Of a stretch of DNA of 64,000 nt, positions 53,190-63,510 are shown one piece after another (positions within the stretch are counted from its first letter, which is position 1; each line of letters starts with the position of its first letter). Position numbers and translations under genes: made by a program. Where the stretch lies: positions 32,001 to 96,000 of the forward strand of contig JALVSY010000016.1 in the NCBI GenBank assembly GCA_027036135.1, given 5' to 3'. This stretch comes from Pyrodictiaceae archaeon. Its GTDB lineage: Archaea > Thermoproteota > Thermoprotei_A > Sulfolobales > Pyrodictiaceae. Below the pieces are notes generated by a model. The model saw only the letters and a program-made list of their open reading frames with translations, ran no database searches and was not told where the DNA came from.

Positions 53190-54374
53190 TCAGATGCCCC
53201 TAGATCTTACAGCAGCGAGGCTATGTCGGCCCCAGATCTTTATGAAGCCCTCGGCCTCCTCGGCTGACGGATACCAGCCTTTATCGTAGTCTATGAGGCT
53301 CTTGCTGTAACTGGTATAGTCGCTGCTTCTCCCGATGACGCTGAGAGAGCCCTTATAAACCTTGACAACTACTTCACCTGTCACCCACTTATTGAGTTCA
53401 TCTATAGCCTTCTCCACTACGAGCCGAAGCGGCTCCACCCATAGGCCTTGGTAGACTAGGTCGCTCCACTGTTCATCTAGGAGCTTCTTGAATCGCAGCT
53501 CCCGGGGCGTATAGACCAGCTTCTCTAGATCCTTGTGTGCCTCGATGAGGGTCAGCGCTGCAGGGGCTTCATAGACCTCGCGGCTCTTGAGCCCAACAAT
53601 CCTATTCTCTATATGGTCTATCCTGCCATAGCCATGGAGCCCTACTAGCCGGTTAAGTAAGCGGACTAACTTCTCCAACCCCATCTTCTCATTATTAATG
53701 CTCACGGGGATGCCCTTCTCGAAACCTATGCTGAGTACTAGTGGCTCGTTGGGGGCCTTCTCGGGCGGAACAGTCCAGGCAAAGACCTCTTCAGGCGGAG
53801 GAGCTGCAGGGTCATCTAGTACCCCACCCTCGATGCTCCTAGACCAGAGGTTCTCGTCAACACTATACTTCTTATGGGCACCTGGTGGCTCGAACCCATG
53901 TCTTCTCAAAATCTCGGCTGATGCTGTTCTCGTGAGCCCTAGTTCGCGTACTGGGGCAATTATTTTTACATCATCGCCTAGGCGGTATTTGAGGACTAGG
54001 TCGAATCGAACCTGGTCGTTACCCTTAGACGTACAGCCATGAGCTACTGCCTCGGCTCCCTCCTTCTTGGCTATCTCGGCTATCTTCTCGGCTATCAGTG
54101 GCCTAGCCAGGGCCGTGCCTAAGGGGTACCTGTCCTCATACAATGCATTAGCCTTAACTGCCTTACTGATATAGTTCTCCGCGAACTCCTTGACAGCATT
54201 GATAGTGTAGTGCTTTACTGCACCGAGCTTATAGGCCCGCTCCTCGACACCAGCTAGGTCATCCTCTTGGCCCACATCAATTGTGACCGTTATGACCTCG
54301 TATCCCTTCTCCCTGAGCAATAAGAGAATAGCTGATGTATCGAGTCCACCCGAGTACGCGAGTACAACCCTCAT
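53190..54374 (-). CDS. argG: Argininosuccinate synthase
   Basis: LAYSGGLDTS, HGCTSKGNDQVRF and GLKSREVYE. Confidence 0.97.
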   Translation of the reverse strand: MRVVLAYSGGLDTSAILLLLREKGYEVITVTIDVGQEDDLAGVEERAYKLGAVKHYTINAVKEFAENYISKAVKANALYEDRYPLGTALARPLIAEKIAEIAKKEGAEAVAHGCTSKGNDQVRFDLVLKYRLGDDVKIIAPVRELGLTRTASAEILRRHGFEPPGAHKKYSVDENLWSRSIEGGVLDDPAAPPPEEVFAWTVPPEKAPNEPLVLSIGFEKGIPVSINNEKMGLEKLVRLLNRLVGLHGYGRIDHIENRIVGLKSREVYEAPAALTLIEAHKDLEKLVYTPRELRFKKLLDEQWSDLVYQGLWVEPLRLVVEKAIDELNKWVTGEVVVKVYKGSLSVIGRSSDYTSYSKSLIDYDKGWYPSAEEAEGFIKIWGRHSLAAVRSRGI

Positions 54375-54498
54375 TACAAGCCCTGGGCGGAGCAGCTACA
54401 ACACGATATGTTAAAGCAAGCGACCTGCTCAGCGCTCCAGGCGTTAATAAATAGTGATAAATGGGTCTCTGCGCGCCGGGTGTGGCGGGAGTACTGTC

Positions 54499-55182
54499 GT
54501 GGAGCAGCGTCTCTCAGCCATAGTTAGGAGGATAGTAGATACGGACCCGATACTCCAGGAGTGCCTTGCTCGTGGTGTAGCTAATTACTCTGAGACCGCT
54601 AGGAGGATTAAGCCCCTAGTAGAGAAGGAAGCGGGCACCTCAGCCTCTCTCGAGGCGATAAAAACTGCGCTAATACGCTACGCTCATCGGCTCCGCGAGA
54701 AAGGGGTAGCGCTATCAGCTATGCCTCAGCAGATACTAGCTAGGAGCTCACTCGAGCTACGCATGGGCGTTACAGTAATAGTTGCGAAGCATAGTGCCTT
54801 GGAGAAAATAGTTCGGCTACTCTCAGAGCTACTCGGTAAAGCAAGGCTGCTCTTCGTAATGCAGAGCATCGCGGGAATAGTTGTTATTGTTAGCAAGGAA
54901 TACGCTGACTATGTTCTAGCCAGCCTGAGCGGCGATGTGTTGGAGGTATCTAAGGATCGCTCAGTAATAGTAATAGCTAGCCCAAGGGAGGTGATAACAA
55001 CGCCCGGGTTCCTAGCGTACATAACTGGGCTATTCGCCCGCAACAACATAAACATAGAGCAGATAGAATCAGTGTTCACGGACACGATAATAGTGCTATC
55101 GCCCTCGGACGCGATGAAGGCTTTCCAGCTACTCAATACGGCCATAGAGGAGGCAAAACTGATACAGAGTGAAACGGGCTAG
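54499..55182 (+). CDS. Putative amino-acid-responsive regulator (N-terminal HTH-like plus C-terminal ACT-like domains)
   Basis: LARGVANYSETARRI helical N-terminus; TPGFLAYITGLFARNNINIEQI ACT motif; divergent from argG. Confidence 0.7.
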   Translation: MEQRLSAIVRRIVDTDPILQECLARGVANYSETARRIKPLVEKEAGTSASLEAIKTALIRYAHRLREKGVALSAMPQQILARSSLELRMGVTVIVAKHSALEKIVRLLSELLGKARLLFVMQSIAGIVVIVSKEYADYVLASLSGDVLEVSKDRSVIVIASPREVITTPGFLAYITGLFARNNINIEQIESVFTDTIIVLSPSDAMKAFQLLNTAIEEAKLIQSETG

Positions 55183-55190
55183 TCTTTTTC

Positions 55191-56255
55191 CTAAATGAGG
55201 CCGTTTATCTTTATCTTGTAGTATAGCTCTGCTATCAATACGCCGGTGCCAGCAGCGCCACGTATAGTGTTGTGGCCGAGCACGAGGTACTGAAGAACTC
55301 TGCCGCTAAGCCTTATACGTCCAACAGTCACACTCATGCCCCTGCCGTTGAGCCTATCGAGTCGCGGCTGTGGCCTATCAGGCTCGCGGCGCACTATAAC
55401 TGGTTTCTCCGGGGCCGTGGGCAATCCTAGCTCCTGTGGTCTTGGTCCCCAGGACTCGAAGGCCTCTATGACCTCCTTGGGGCCGCCGGGCTCTCTCCCT
55501 AGTACTAGGTGTACTGATTCTAGGTGGCCATCGAGAACTGGTACACGGGTAGTCGTCGCGTAGATGTTTACCTCTAATGGTTTGACCGTGTTATTCTCGA
55601 GCTTACCGAGTATCTTTCTCGACTCGTTGATTATTTTCTCCTCCTCGTTCTTGATGAAGGGGACAATGTTATCAACTATAACGTAGCCGGGTACTCCTCG
55701 GAGCCCGGCTCCGCTGATAGCCTGCATTGTTGTTACGTGTACATCCCTTATACCGAACTTATCGAGTACTGGTTTTAGGCTAAGAGTGAGCACAGCTGTG
55801 CTACAATTAGGTACCTTTAGTATAGCTCCTCTCCATCCCCGCTTCTTTCTCTGCTCCTCTACTAGCCCTATGTGGTTCCAGTTGGCCTCAGGGTTTAGTA
55901 GCGGTATATCTGGTTCTAGGCGATAATTACTAGCATTCGAGACCACTATCTTGCCGCGTCGCGCCAGCTCCAGCTCTATCTCCATAGCGGCCTCCTTGGG
56001 CAGCGCGACGAACACTACCTCGGCCTCCTCTACGCTATCGGGGCTCGTAGCAGCTACAGTGATTTCGGCGACATTGCTGGGCATAGGTGTCTCTAGCAGC
56101 CATTGGACTGTATCGCCGTAGCGCTTTCCAGCTCTCTCTGAGCTAGCGGTGAGCGCGACTAGCTCGAACCAGGGATGACTCGCTAGTAGGGATACGAAGC
56201 GTTGACCAACGAGCCCCGTGGCGCCTAGTACGGCTGCCTTTATCCTATCCACCAC
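55191..56255 (-). CDS. asd: Aspartate-semialdehyde dehydrogenase (archaeal type)
   Basis: GATGLVGQRF, PNCST, QAISGAG, RVPVLDGH and HNTIRGAAG. Confidence 0.95.
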   Translation of the reverse strand: MVDRIKAAVLGATGLVGQRFVSLLASHPWFELVALTASSERAGKRYGDTVQWLLETPMPSNVAEITVAATSPDSVEEAEVVFVALPKEAAMEIELELARRGKIVVSNASNYRLEPDIPLLNPEANWNHIGLVEEQRKKRGWRGAILKVPNCSTAVLTLSLKPVLDKFGIRDVHVTTMQAISGAGLRGVPGYVIVDNIVPFIKNEEEKIINESRKILGKLENNTVKPLEVNIYATTTRVPVLDGHLESVHLVLGREPGGPKEVIEAFESWGPRPQELGLPTAPEKPVIVRREPDRPQPRLDRLNGRGMSVTVGRIRLSGRVLQYLVLGHNTIRGAAGTGVLIAELYYKIKINGLI

Positions 56256-57616
56256 TTAGAGACCACCTCCTCGTGGAGCTTTGAGGCTATGTGCCATGTC
56301 CGAGAGGGCTCAACTATTATTGATAAGATGGGGCTCCCGGGGCTCCACACTGTCCCCATTACCCCGGAGAGCCTCGAGGCTATGGAGAGGAGTGAGGCGC
56401 TTATCTCTGGCTCCTTGACCCCGTACCCGACAATGTTTATCGTGGCTACTTCTCTCTGCTCCACGTTCACCGCTAGTTTGCTAAGTTCCTCGCTGAGAAC
56501 ACTAGCTAGTTTATCCGAGTCCTTCCTTGATACAAGGAGCGTTATGCGGGTCTCTGTTGGTGGCTGGGCCAGGGCCTTTATGTTGACTCCTAGCTTAGCT
56601 GCTATGGAGGTTATGTAGGCCGCGGCTCCTATCCTCTCAACCAGGCCACCACCACTGATGGTTACTGCTGCTAGGTTATCCATCACCGCTATGCCTTTCA
56701 CGGAAGGAGGTTCCTCGGCTTGCTCCACGATGGTCGCCCTGTTTGCCGCGGGCTTTGTTATAGCTACCCTTATGCTCGTGCCTTGCACGGGCTCAAAGGT
56801 TCTTGGATGCATCTTCTTCGCGCCTAGCAACGCTAGCTCCATTGCCTCCTCGTGGCTCAGCCTGGGTATGTGCCGTGCCTCCTTCACGTAGCGCGGATCA
56901 GCGCTATAAACACCGTCAACATCGGTATAGAGCCTGGCCTCTCTTGCTCCAAGGAATCTAGCGAGAAGCGTTGCTGTGTAGTCGCTCCCGCCCCTGCCCA
57001 GCAGGACTAGTTTACCTTCCCTATTGCGCGCAGTAAACCCCATCACGACCGGTACTACGTCGTCCTCTACGAGTGGTTTGAGAGCCTCTCCTACCCATTT
57101 GCTAGACTCAGCATAGTCTATGACTGCGTCGAAGTAGTCCTCGCCTCGCGATACTAGGCCTGCCTCGCCCCCACTGAGCCATGTCGACTCGATGCCCTTG
57201 TCTCGGAGCACGGCCGAGGCCAGTGCAGCTGATAATCGCTCACCGAAAGCTATTATGGAGGCCTTGGCGTGTGGCGTTGCCTCACCAATGACCTTGACGG
57301 CCCATACCAGCTTGAAGAGTTCGTCAAAGAGCCTTGTTAGCTCACCGAGTGTCTGGGAGAGGAGCCCGGGGTTGCTAATCGAGCCCCGAGCTACTGAGAG
57401 ATAGAGAGACATTATGTGCTTGAGCCTCTGCTCCCAGCCCCACCCAGCATCAACGACATCGATTAGTGTATCAGTGACCCCTTTCATAGCTGATACGACT
57501 ACTACTACCCGGTACCCGCTCCTTATCAGCGACCTTACCTCCTCGGCTAATGATAAGTAGCCAGCACTATTCCTCAGCAACGAGCCGCCAAACTTAGCTA
57601 CAACTATGTCGCTCAT
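56240..57616 (-). CDS. lysC: Aspartate kinase
   Basis: KFGGS, VVSAM, GRGGSDYTA and TDVDGVYSADP plus ACT domains. Confidence 0.93.
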   Translation of the reverse strand: MSDIVVAKFGGSLLRNSAGYLSLAEEVRSLIRSGYRVVVVVSAMKGVTDTLIDVVDAGWGWEQRLKHIMSLYLSVARGSISNPGLLSQTLGELTRLFDELFKLVWAVKVIGEATPHAKASIIAFGERLSAALASAVLRDKGIESTWLSGGEAGLVSRGEDYFDAVIDYAESSKWVGEALKPLVEDDVVPVVMGFTARNREGKLVLLGRGGSDYTATLLARFLGAREARLYTDVDGVYSADPRYVKEARHIPRLSHEEAMELALLGAKKMHPRTFEPVQGTSIRVAITKPAANRATIVEQAEEPPSVKGIAVMDNLAAVTISGGGLVERIGAAAYITSIAAKLGVNIKALAQPPTETRITLLVSRKDSDKLASVLSEELSKLAVNVEQREVATINIVGYGVKEPEISASLLSIASRLSGVMGTVWSPGSPILSIIVEPSRTWHIASKLHEEVVSKWWIG

Positions 57617-57617
57617 A

Positions 57618-58649
57618 CTACTCTCCCTCCAATTCCTCTATGGCTAGTAAGAGGTCACTAAACAGAGTAGAAGCCGTGGCCCGGGGCCCGGCACCGGGCC
57701 CGTAGAGCGTTATGGGCTCAGCCTCCTCAGTGACTACCTCAGCTGCGTTCATTACGCCAGTGGTGTTCCAGAGAGAATCACTTGGCTCCAGCTCTGCTAA
57801 GCGGACAACTGGCTTATGCCCCATACATATATCGGCGATGTAGCGTAGTCGCCTACCCTCTCCTCTCAGCCTCTTTACTCGCTTCTCTATCCCGGGCTCA
57901 ATCCTATCCTCCACGTGTACCTCGTGGAGCCCTACTGGCGAACCCAGTGTACAGGACACTATAGCCGCCTTAGCAGCTAGGTCAAATCCATGAAGATCAA
58001 TGCTTGTATCGGGCTCTGCGTAGCCCCTTCTCTGAGCATCACTGATAGCCTCGGCTAGCGAGAGACCCTTCTCGATAAGGGTTAGAACGTAGTTGCTTGT
58101 ACCGTTGAGGGCACCTCTTACTCTCTTGACCCTGCGTCCCCGTAAACCATAGCGCAGCAAGTCTATGAGGGGCGTACCTGCCATTACTGTGGCCTTGTAG
58201 AATAATTTCTTACCCCACTTCGGGCCCAGGAGGGGTGCACAATTCATAGCTAGGGGCGCCTTATCAGCTGTTACAACAGCCCCTCCTCCCTCGAGGACTC
58301 GTCGGAGCCATTTGAGCTGAGGCGGCTCCTCGACATAGATGCTAGGAGTAATATCAACGAGTACATCTATACGGTCCAGCAGCTCGTCTACATGAAGCCC
58401 CTCGTGGCCCAGTCCTTGGTATCTTCCTAGCCCGCCTCGGGGCAAGCTGAGTGCCTCAAGAAGAACTTCTCTGCCTAGCCCATTCTCGTCAAGGATTACT
58501 CCCTTGCTATCAGCTATGAACACTATATTTACCCGATCCCATAGCCCGTGCTGGTCTCCCCTCTCTAGTAGTAGTCTTACGAATTCCCGCCCAACGTTCC
58601 CAAAACCAGCTATGCCTACGGAGAGCCTCGGGGCCAATGCCGCCAACAC
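57618..58649 (-). CDS. hom: Homoserine dehydrogenase
   Basis: GFGNVG, VTADK, ATVMAGTP, NGTSNY, GYAE and GPGAG. Confidence 0.93.
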   Translation of the reverse strand: MLAALAPRLSVGIAGFGNVGREFVRLLLERGDQHGLWDRVNIVFIADSKGVILDENGLGREVLLEALSLPRGGLGRYQGLGHEGLHVDELLDRIDVLVDITPSIYVEEPPQLKWLRRVLEGGGAVVTADKAPLAMNCAPLLGPKWGKKLFYKATVMAGTPLIDLLRYGLRGRRVKRVRGALNGTSNYVLTLIEKGLSLAEAISDAQRRGYAEPDTSIDLHGFDLAAKAAIVSCTLGSPVGLHEVHVEDRIEPGIEKRVKRLRGEGRRLRYIADICMGHKPVVRLAELEPSDSLWNTTGVMNAAEVVTEEAEPITLYGPGAGPRATASTLFSDLLLAIEELEGE

Positions 58650-58662
58650 CTCTTTTATTAAT

Positions 58663-59900
58663 TCAACTCTCCGAGGGGGCCCCTAGCCTGCTTACTATTC
58701 TTGAAGCCTCCTCGGGATTCCTGGCTATAAGTCTTATAGTATCGGCCTTCATCATCGCGTCCGGGTCTTTTAGCCCATGCCCAGTAAGCACTATGACTAC
58801 TGTCTCCCCCCTCTCTATGAAACCGTCCCCGACTAGGCGAAGCAACCCGGCCAGGCTAGCCGCACTTGCCGGCTCCACAGCTATTCCTTCCCGCCTAGCT
58901 AGTAGGCGCTGAGCACTGAGAATCTCCTCGTCACTAACATCGATGAACACGCCGTTGCTCTCCTCTACCGCTCTTAGAGCCTTTGGCCAGTTAATCGGCT
59001 TACCAATACGTATAGCCGTAGCCACGGTCTCTGGGTGCTCAAAGACAACTGGCTCCCTGAGACCCTTCCTCCAAGCAGAAGCTAGTGGCGCTGCACCACT
59101 GGCCTGTATACCTGCCAGCCTAGGGAGCCTATCTATTAGCCCATAGCGGTGTAGCTCCCGGAACCCTTTCCATATAGCCGATATGTTGCCAGCATTGCCT
59201 ACAGGTACAACGACCCAGTCAGGGACGAAGCCAAGCTGCTCAACTATCTCGAACGCTATTGTCTTCTGGCCCTCGAGCCTCCACGGGTTGAAGCTGTTAA
59301 GGGGATAGAGCTGCCTATTCCTACGAGTAGCCTCCATAACAGCCTCTAGTGCTTTGTCGAAGCTCCCCTCTACCTCTACTATCACTGCCCCATAGAGTAT
59401 GCTCTGGGCCAGCTTACCTAGAGCAATCTTGCCCCGGGGAACAACGATGACTACCTTCATTCCTGCTCGCACAGCATACGCGGCAGCGCTTGAAGCGGTA
59501 TTCCCGGTACTAGCGACAATAACTGCTCGCGCGCCAATACTCCTCGCTAGAGTAACAGCAACGGTCATTCCACGATCCTTGAAACTACCAGTGGGGTTTA
59601 CTCCCTCGTTCTTAGCGAATACTGATACTCCTCTCAGCTCCTCGATTCTATTCAGCCTAGTTAGGGGAGTAGCTCCCTCGCCCAGGCTTATTGGAACAGC
59701 TCCCCTAGGAACTGGTAGTAGTTCACGGTACCTCCATACTCCTGGGCTCCTCTTGCTCCATTGCTCCCAGCTAGGCGGCGCAATGGGCTCCACTACGACC
59801 TCTAGGAGGCCTCCACAACGGGGGCAGAGAAGGAGCCTAGGAGAAGGCTCATAGACATGGCCGCACTTTATGCATCTAAGCCTTACCCGCTTGTCTCCAA
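58663..59900 (-). CDS. thrC: Threonine synthase; N-terminal Zn ribbon lies upstream of the track ORF and the start appears frameshifted
   Basis: NPTGSFKDRG, ASTGNT, PVGNAGN and TGHGLKD; upstream in-frame LRCIKCG...CPRCGG. Confidence 0.92.
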
Positions 59901-59992
59901 AGGAGAGCCCTTGCGCTAACTCATACTCGTATCCAAGCGGTTCACCGACAAACCCTTCGCCGAGGTAACCAGGTATTTAAGAGTTGCCCCAC

Positions 59993-61099
59993 CTAACTTT
60001 CCCGCAGCACAAGTGAGAGTTCATCACGGAGGTACTCGAAGCTCTCCAGGCCAACACTTAGGCGCACGAGCCCCGGGGTTATGCCAAGTCTCTTCTTCTC
60101 CTCGTCGCTTAGCCACCTATGACTACTAGTAAATGGGTACGAAGCTATGGAGTCAACAGCTCCCAGGCTAGGCCCGGGCATTATGCCTCTAAGTCTCTGG
60201 AGGACCCTCTTGGCTCTCTCCGAGCTACCGGTATCAAACGAGAGTACGCCACCATAGGTTCCGCCAAAGAGCTTAGACGCCGTAGAATGGTCTGGGTGAC
60301 TGGGCAGGCCGGGGTAGTATACCTTCTCAACGAGTCCGCTCTCCTCCAGCCACTGGGCAAGCCGCATAGCTGTCTCCGAGGCTTGTTTTACTCGTACCTC
60401 GAGGGTCTTGAGCCCCCTATAGGCTAGGTAAGCATCTACTGGCTGAAGAATACTGCCTAGCAGTCTTCTCCACTCCCAGAGACTCCTATGAAGCTCCTCG
60501 TCCACGGAGCCTATGAAGCCTCCTAGGACATCATTGTGCCCCGAGATGTACTTTGTAAGGCTCTCTACAACAACGGCTCCTAGGCTACTGGGCCTATATA
60601 TCACCGGAGTGGCGAACGTGTTATCAACAACTAGTATGCAATCACTCCTTGTACACTCCCTGCTTATCTCGGGTAGTGGTGGGACACGGAGAGTAGGATT
60701 AGCCATTGTCTCCACGAGAACCATGTCAACTTTCTCGATGAGAGCAAGTAGCTCATCCCATGGAGGTCCTGCAAGGAGTAATCCTTTGCCCAGTAGCTTC
60801 TCGGCTAGCTGCCTCGTAGAGCCATAAACGAGCCTAGAGACAAGTACTCGTTTACCCCTAGAAACAGCCTCGTGAAACAATGCTGAGAGAGCAGCCATGC
60901 CGGTATTGAACGCTAGCCCGTAACGGGTCTCCTCGATGCAGGAGAGAACACGCTCAAGAAGCATAGTGGTTGGGTTATTTTCCCGCCCATACTTGACCTC
61001 CGCTAGAGGGTCGTGGAACTCGCCAAGGTAGCGGTAAACCACCGATAAGTGCAACGGTGGAACCGCCTCGTCTCCCCGAGGGAAACACCGCTCAAACAC
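59993..61099 (-). CDS. metB: Cystathionine gamma-synthase / trans-sulfuration PLP enzyme
   Basis: YGRENNPT, VDNTFATP, ESLTKYISGHND and LVRLSVGLE. Confidence 0.85.
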   Translation of the reverse strand: MFERCFPRGDEAVPPLHLSVVYRYLGEFHDPLAEVKYGRENNPTTMLLERVLSCIEETRYGLAFNTGMAALSALFHEAVSRGKRVLVSRLVYGSTRQLAEKLLGKGLLLAGPPWDELLALIEKVDMVLVETMANPTLRVPPLPEISRECTRSDCILVVDNTFATPVIYRPSSLGAVVVESLTKYISGHNDVLGGFIGSVDEELHRSLWEWRRLLGSILQPVDAYLAYRGLKTLEVRVKQASETAMRLAQWLEESGLVEKVYYPGLPSHPDHSTASKLFGGTYGGVLSFDTGSSERAKRVLQRLRGIMPGPSLGAVDSIASYPFTSSHRWLSDEEKKRLGITPGLVRLSVGLESFEYLRDELSLVLRES

Positions 61100-61108
61100 T
61101 TTCCCTTC

Positions 61109-62098
61109 TCACCCCGTGCTCTTCACAAGCTCCAGGGCCCCTGGAGCCAGTGTGGCTATCCTTGTCTCGGCATCGCCCCCACACTCCCTGTAAGCATCTA
61201 GCATCGCCCTAGCTATCATTGATGCCCTTGTCTCGCTCCACGCCAACGCTATCATACTTGGCCCGGCACCGCTAAGCGATACCCCCGGCGCTCCCACCGA
61301 GAGCGCTGCCTCACGGACAGCCCAGTAGCAGTCAACGTACCGAGACCTGGCTCTCTCAATGATCTCATCGCTCATCATGAGCTCCCCGACTAGCTCCAAG
61401 TCGCCCTCAAGCAACGCTAGAACCATTAATGCGGTCTTGCCACCAAAGTTCCTAGCAGCCAGGGAGACCTCAACGCTACGCGGAATAACCGAGCGCATAA
61501 ACCTAGTCTTTTGCTTCCGGGGAGCTCTGCTGGGCACGAGTATAGCAAAGAAGAGGGGCTTGCTTGGCCGTACCTGCTTAGCGACAAGCCGGTTACCAAT
61601 AGTGGTTACTAGAACGAAGCCACCTAGCAGACTAGCAGCAACGTTGTCAAAATGCGGTGTACCAGCGGCCACGGTCTCGCCAAGCCCCGCTACATAGACT
61701 AGCTCGCTTCTAGTTATCCTCTGTCCAAGTATGCTGCTCAAGGCGGCCACGGTGGCAGCCGCAGAGGCACCACTACTGCCAAGCCCGCGGCCTGGAGGCA
61801 CGCCTTTGTATACGCTTAGCTCTACTCGACCCCCGAAACCGAGCCTGCTCAGCAGCTCCTCGGCGGCTCGCTGGGCAGAGGCCGCTCCACCGCTTCCTTC
61901 AGCAAAGGGCCCAACAACCTTCACCACCTCAACGCCCTGGTTCTTTTTCTCGTCATAGCAGGCAGTAACCTCGTCATAGTAACTAGTATGAGCTACAGCT
62001 AGTACATCAAATCCTGGACCAAGATTAGCACTGCTCGAATATGCTCGAGCGCTCGCACACATTGCTGGCACTTTGAGATTAGACCCCCTCTTTACCAA
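61109..62098 (-). CDS. thrB: Homoserine kinase
   Basis: SSANLGPGFD, PGRGLGSSGAS, HFDNVA and SGAGPS. Confidence 0.95.
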   Translation of the reverse strand: MVKRGSNLKVPAMCASARAYSSSANLGPGFDVLAVAHTSYYDEVTACYDEKKNQGVEVVKVVGPFAEGSGGAASAQRAAEELLSRLGFGGRVELSVYKGVPPGRGLGSSGASAAATVAALSSILGQRITRSELVYVAGLGETVAAGTPHFDNVAASLLGGFVLVTTIGNRLVAKQVRPSKPLFFAILVPSRAPRKQKTRFMRSVIPRSVEVSLAARNFGGKTALMVLALLEGDLELVGELMMSDEIIERARSRYVDCYWAVREAALSVGAPGVSLSGAGPSMIALAWSETRASMIARAMLDAYRECGGDAETRIATLAPGALELVKSTG

Positions 62099-62247
62099 TA
62101 GAGCACGCCAGTAACATTAATAGCGCGGCATCTGCTTATGTCTTGTTGCTTGTTATAGATGATTTCTTTTACTTCACTGCATAGAAACGCTAACTATATT
62201 AACTGGCCAGTTGGTCTACATGAATAGACTACTAGGTGCATGGTAAG

Positions 62248-63420
62248 ATGAGTAACGCGGTAATAGAGAGAATAAAGGGCATGAGCGTTGCGTGGTTCTC
62301 GTTCAACCTAGCAACCTCAGCAATAATATTATCCAGCTTTATTTTAGGCTTCATAGATCATATAGGATTGTTAATCGACTTAGCAAAGGTATTAGCAATA
62401 ATAAACTCTGCAGTCTTCGTATTTATAGTTGTACTGTATTCGATACGAGTGATCATTGGATGGCAGAGCTTCAAGGCGCTTCTTCGCAACCCGGTACAGG
62501 GCCCCTTCCTAACAGTAATATCTATAGCAACGATGGTTCTATCTCTTGACTGGAGCCTTGTCCTGCACAACATAATGATAGCCACTGTACTCTTTTATAC
62601 AGGATTAATCCTACATACGATATTGTTCTTAACGGTTATGTACTACCTCGAAAGACATCAAGGTATTGAAATACACTACATGAATCCTAGCTGGTACATG
62701 CCAGCCGTAGGCAACGTGCTAGCACCATTCGTTGGCATGGTGCTTGTGGCAAAGGGTATACCGGTTCCCAGAAGCCTCCTCGGAATCTATCTTGGAACAG
62801 GAACCATAATGTGGCTTGCGTTGTTCGCTATATGGCTATACAGAGCAATATTCTATTCCCCGCAGCCAGCAAGACTTATGGCAACGATGTGGATAAACCT
62901 GGCGCCACCAGCTGTAATACCATTGTCCTATGAAGCCCTGCTGGGGTTTACCCCAAGGGTTTACCGAGAACTCTTTAGAGAAGCGATGAAGAGTCCGGTA
63001 AGCCCCTTAGCTGTTAAGCTACTTATCGATATGTATGACTTGTTCTATTACACGTTCTGGGGCACGGCAGGTTTTCTCTTCGCCCTAGTAATGATATTGA
63101 CAATAGGGTATTTCGCAAGGAAAGAAATAGAGTTCGCTGAAAGTTGGTGGGCGTTCACATTCCCTCTAGCCGCGTACGTAATATCTACTGTCCATCTCTA
63201 TCTGCATCATCCTAGCGAGCACTGGTTGCTATACTATGCATGGTTCCTCTATATACTAACATGGATATCCTATATAGTGACGACGAGTCTGAGCATATAC
63301 TACGGATACGAAGAGACGGTAAAGAAGGTACCTAAGGAGAGGCTACCGCCGGCTGCAAGACCTTTATCAGAGGATCTAACCAAAGAGAATAGCAAGAAAA
63401 ATGGTAAGTATAAGGAGTAA
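62248..63420 (+). CDS. TDT/SLAC1-family dicarboxylate (malate) transporter
   Basis: NPSWYMPAVG, WINLAP and SWWAFTFPL; about 10 TM helices. Confidence 0.88.
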   Translation: MSNAVIERIKGMSVAWFSFNLATSAIILSSFILGFIDHIGLLIDLAKVLAIINSAVFVFIVVLYSIRVIIGWQSFKALLRNPVQGPFLTVISIATMVLSLDWSLVLHNIMIATVLFYTGLILHTILFLTVMYYLERHQGIEIHYMNPSWYMPAVGNVLAPFVGMVLVAKGIPVPRSLLGIYLGTGTIMWLALFAIWLYRAIFYSPQPARLMATMWINLAPPAVIPLSYEALLGFTPRVYRELFREAMKSPVSPLAVKLLIDMYDLFYYTFWGTAGFLFALVMILTIGYFARKEIEFAESWWAFTFPLAAYVISTVHLYLHHPSEHWLLYYAWFLYILTWISYIVTTSLSIYYGYEETVKKVPKERLPPAARPLSEDLTKENSKKNGKYKE

Positions 63421-63510
63421 TTCTGTTTCTCCGGTACGGCGCAATACGTTTTAGGCCTTCAGCTTCCTCATTATCTCCATGGATGCGTTCGTTGGGGTGT
63501 ATGTGTCGTA

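Noticed and set aside
55191-56255. Asd-like gene as malonyl-CoA/succinyl-CoA reductase
   Set aside because: Operon context with aspartokinase, hom, thrB and thrC supports ordinary Asd
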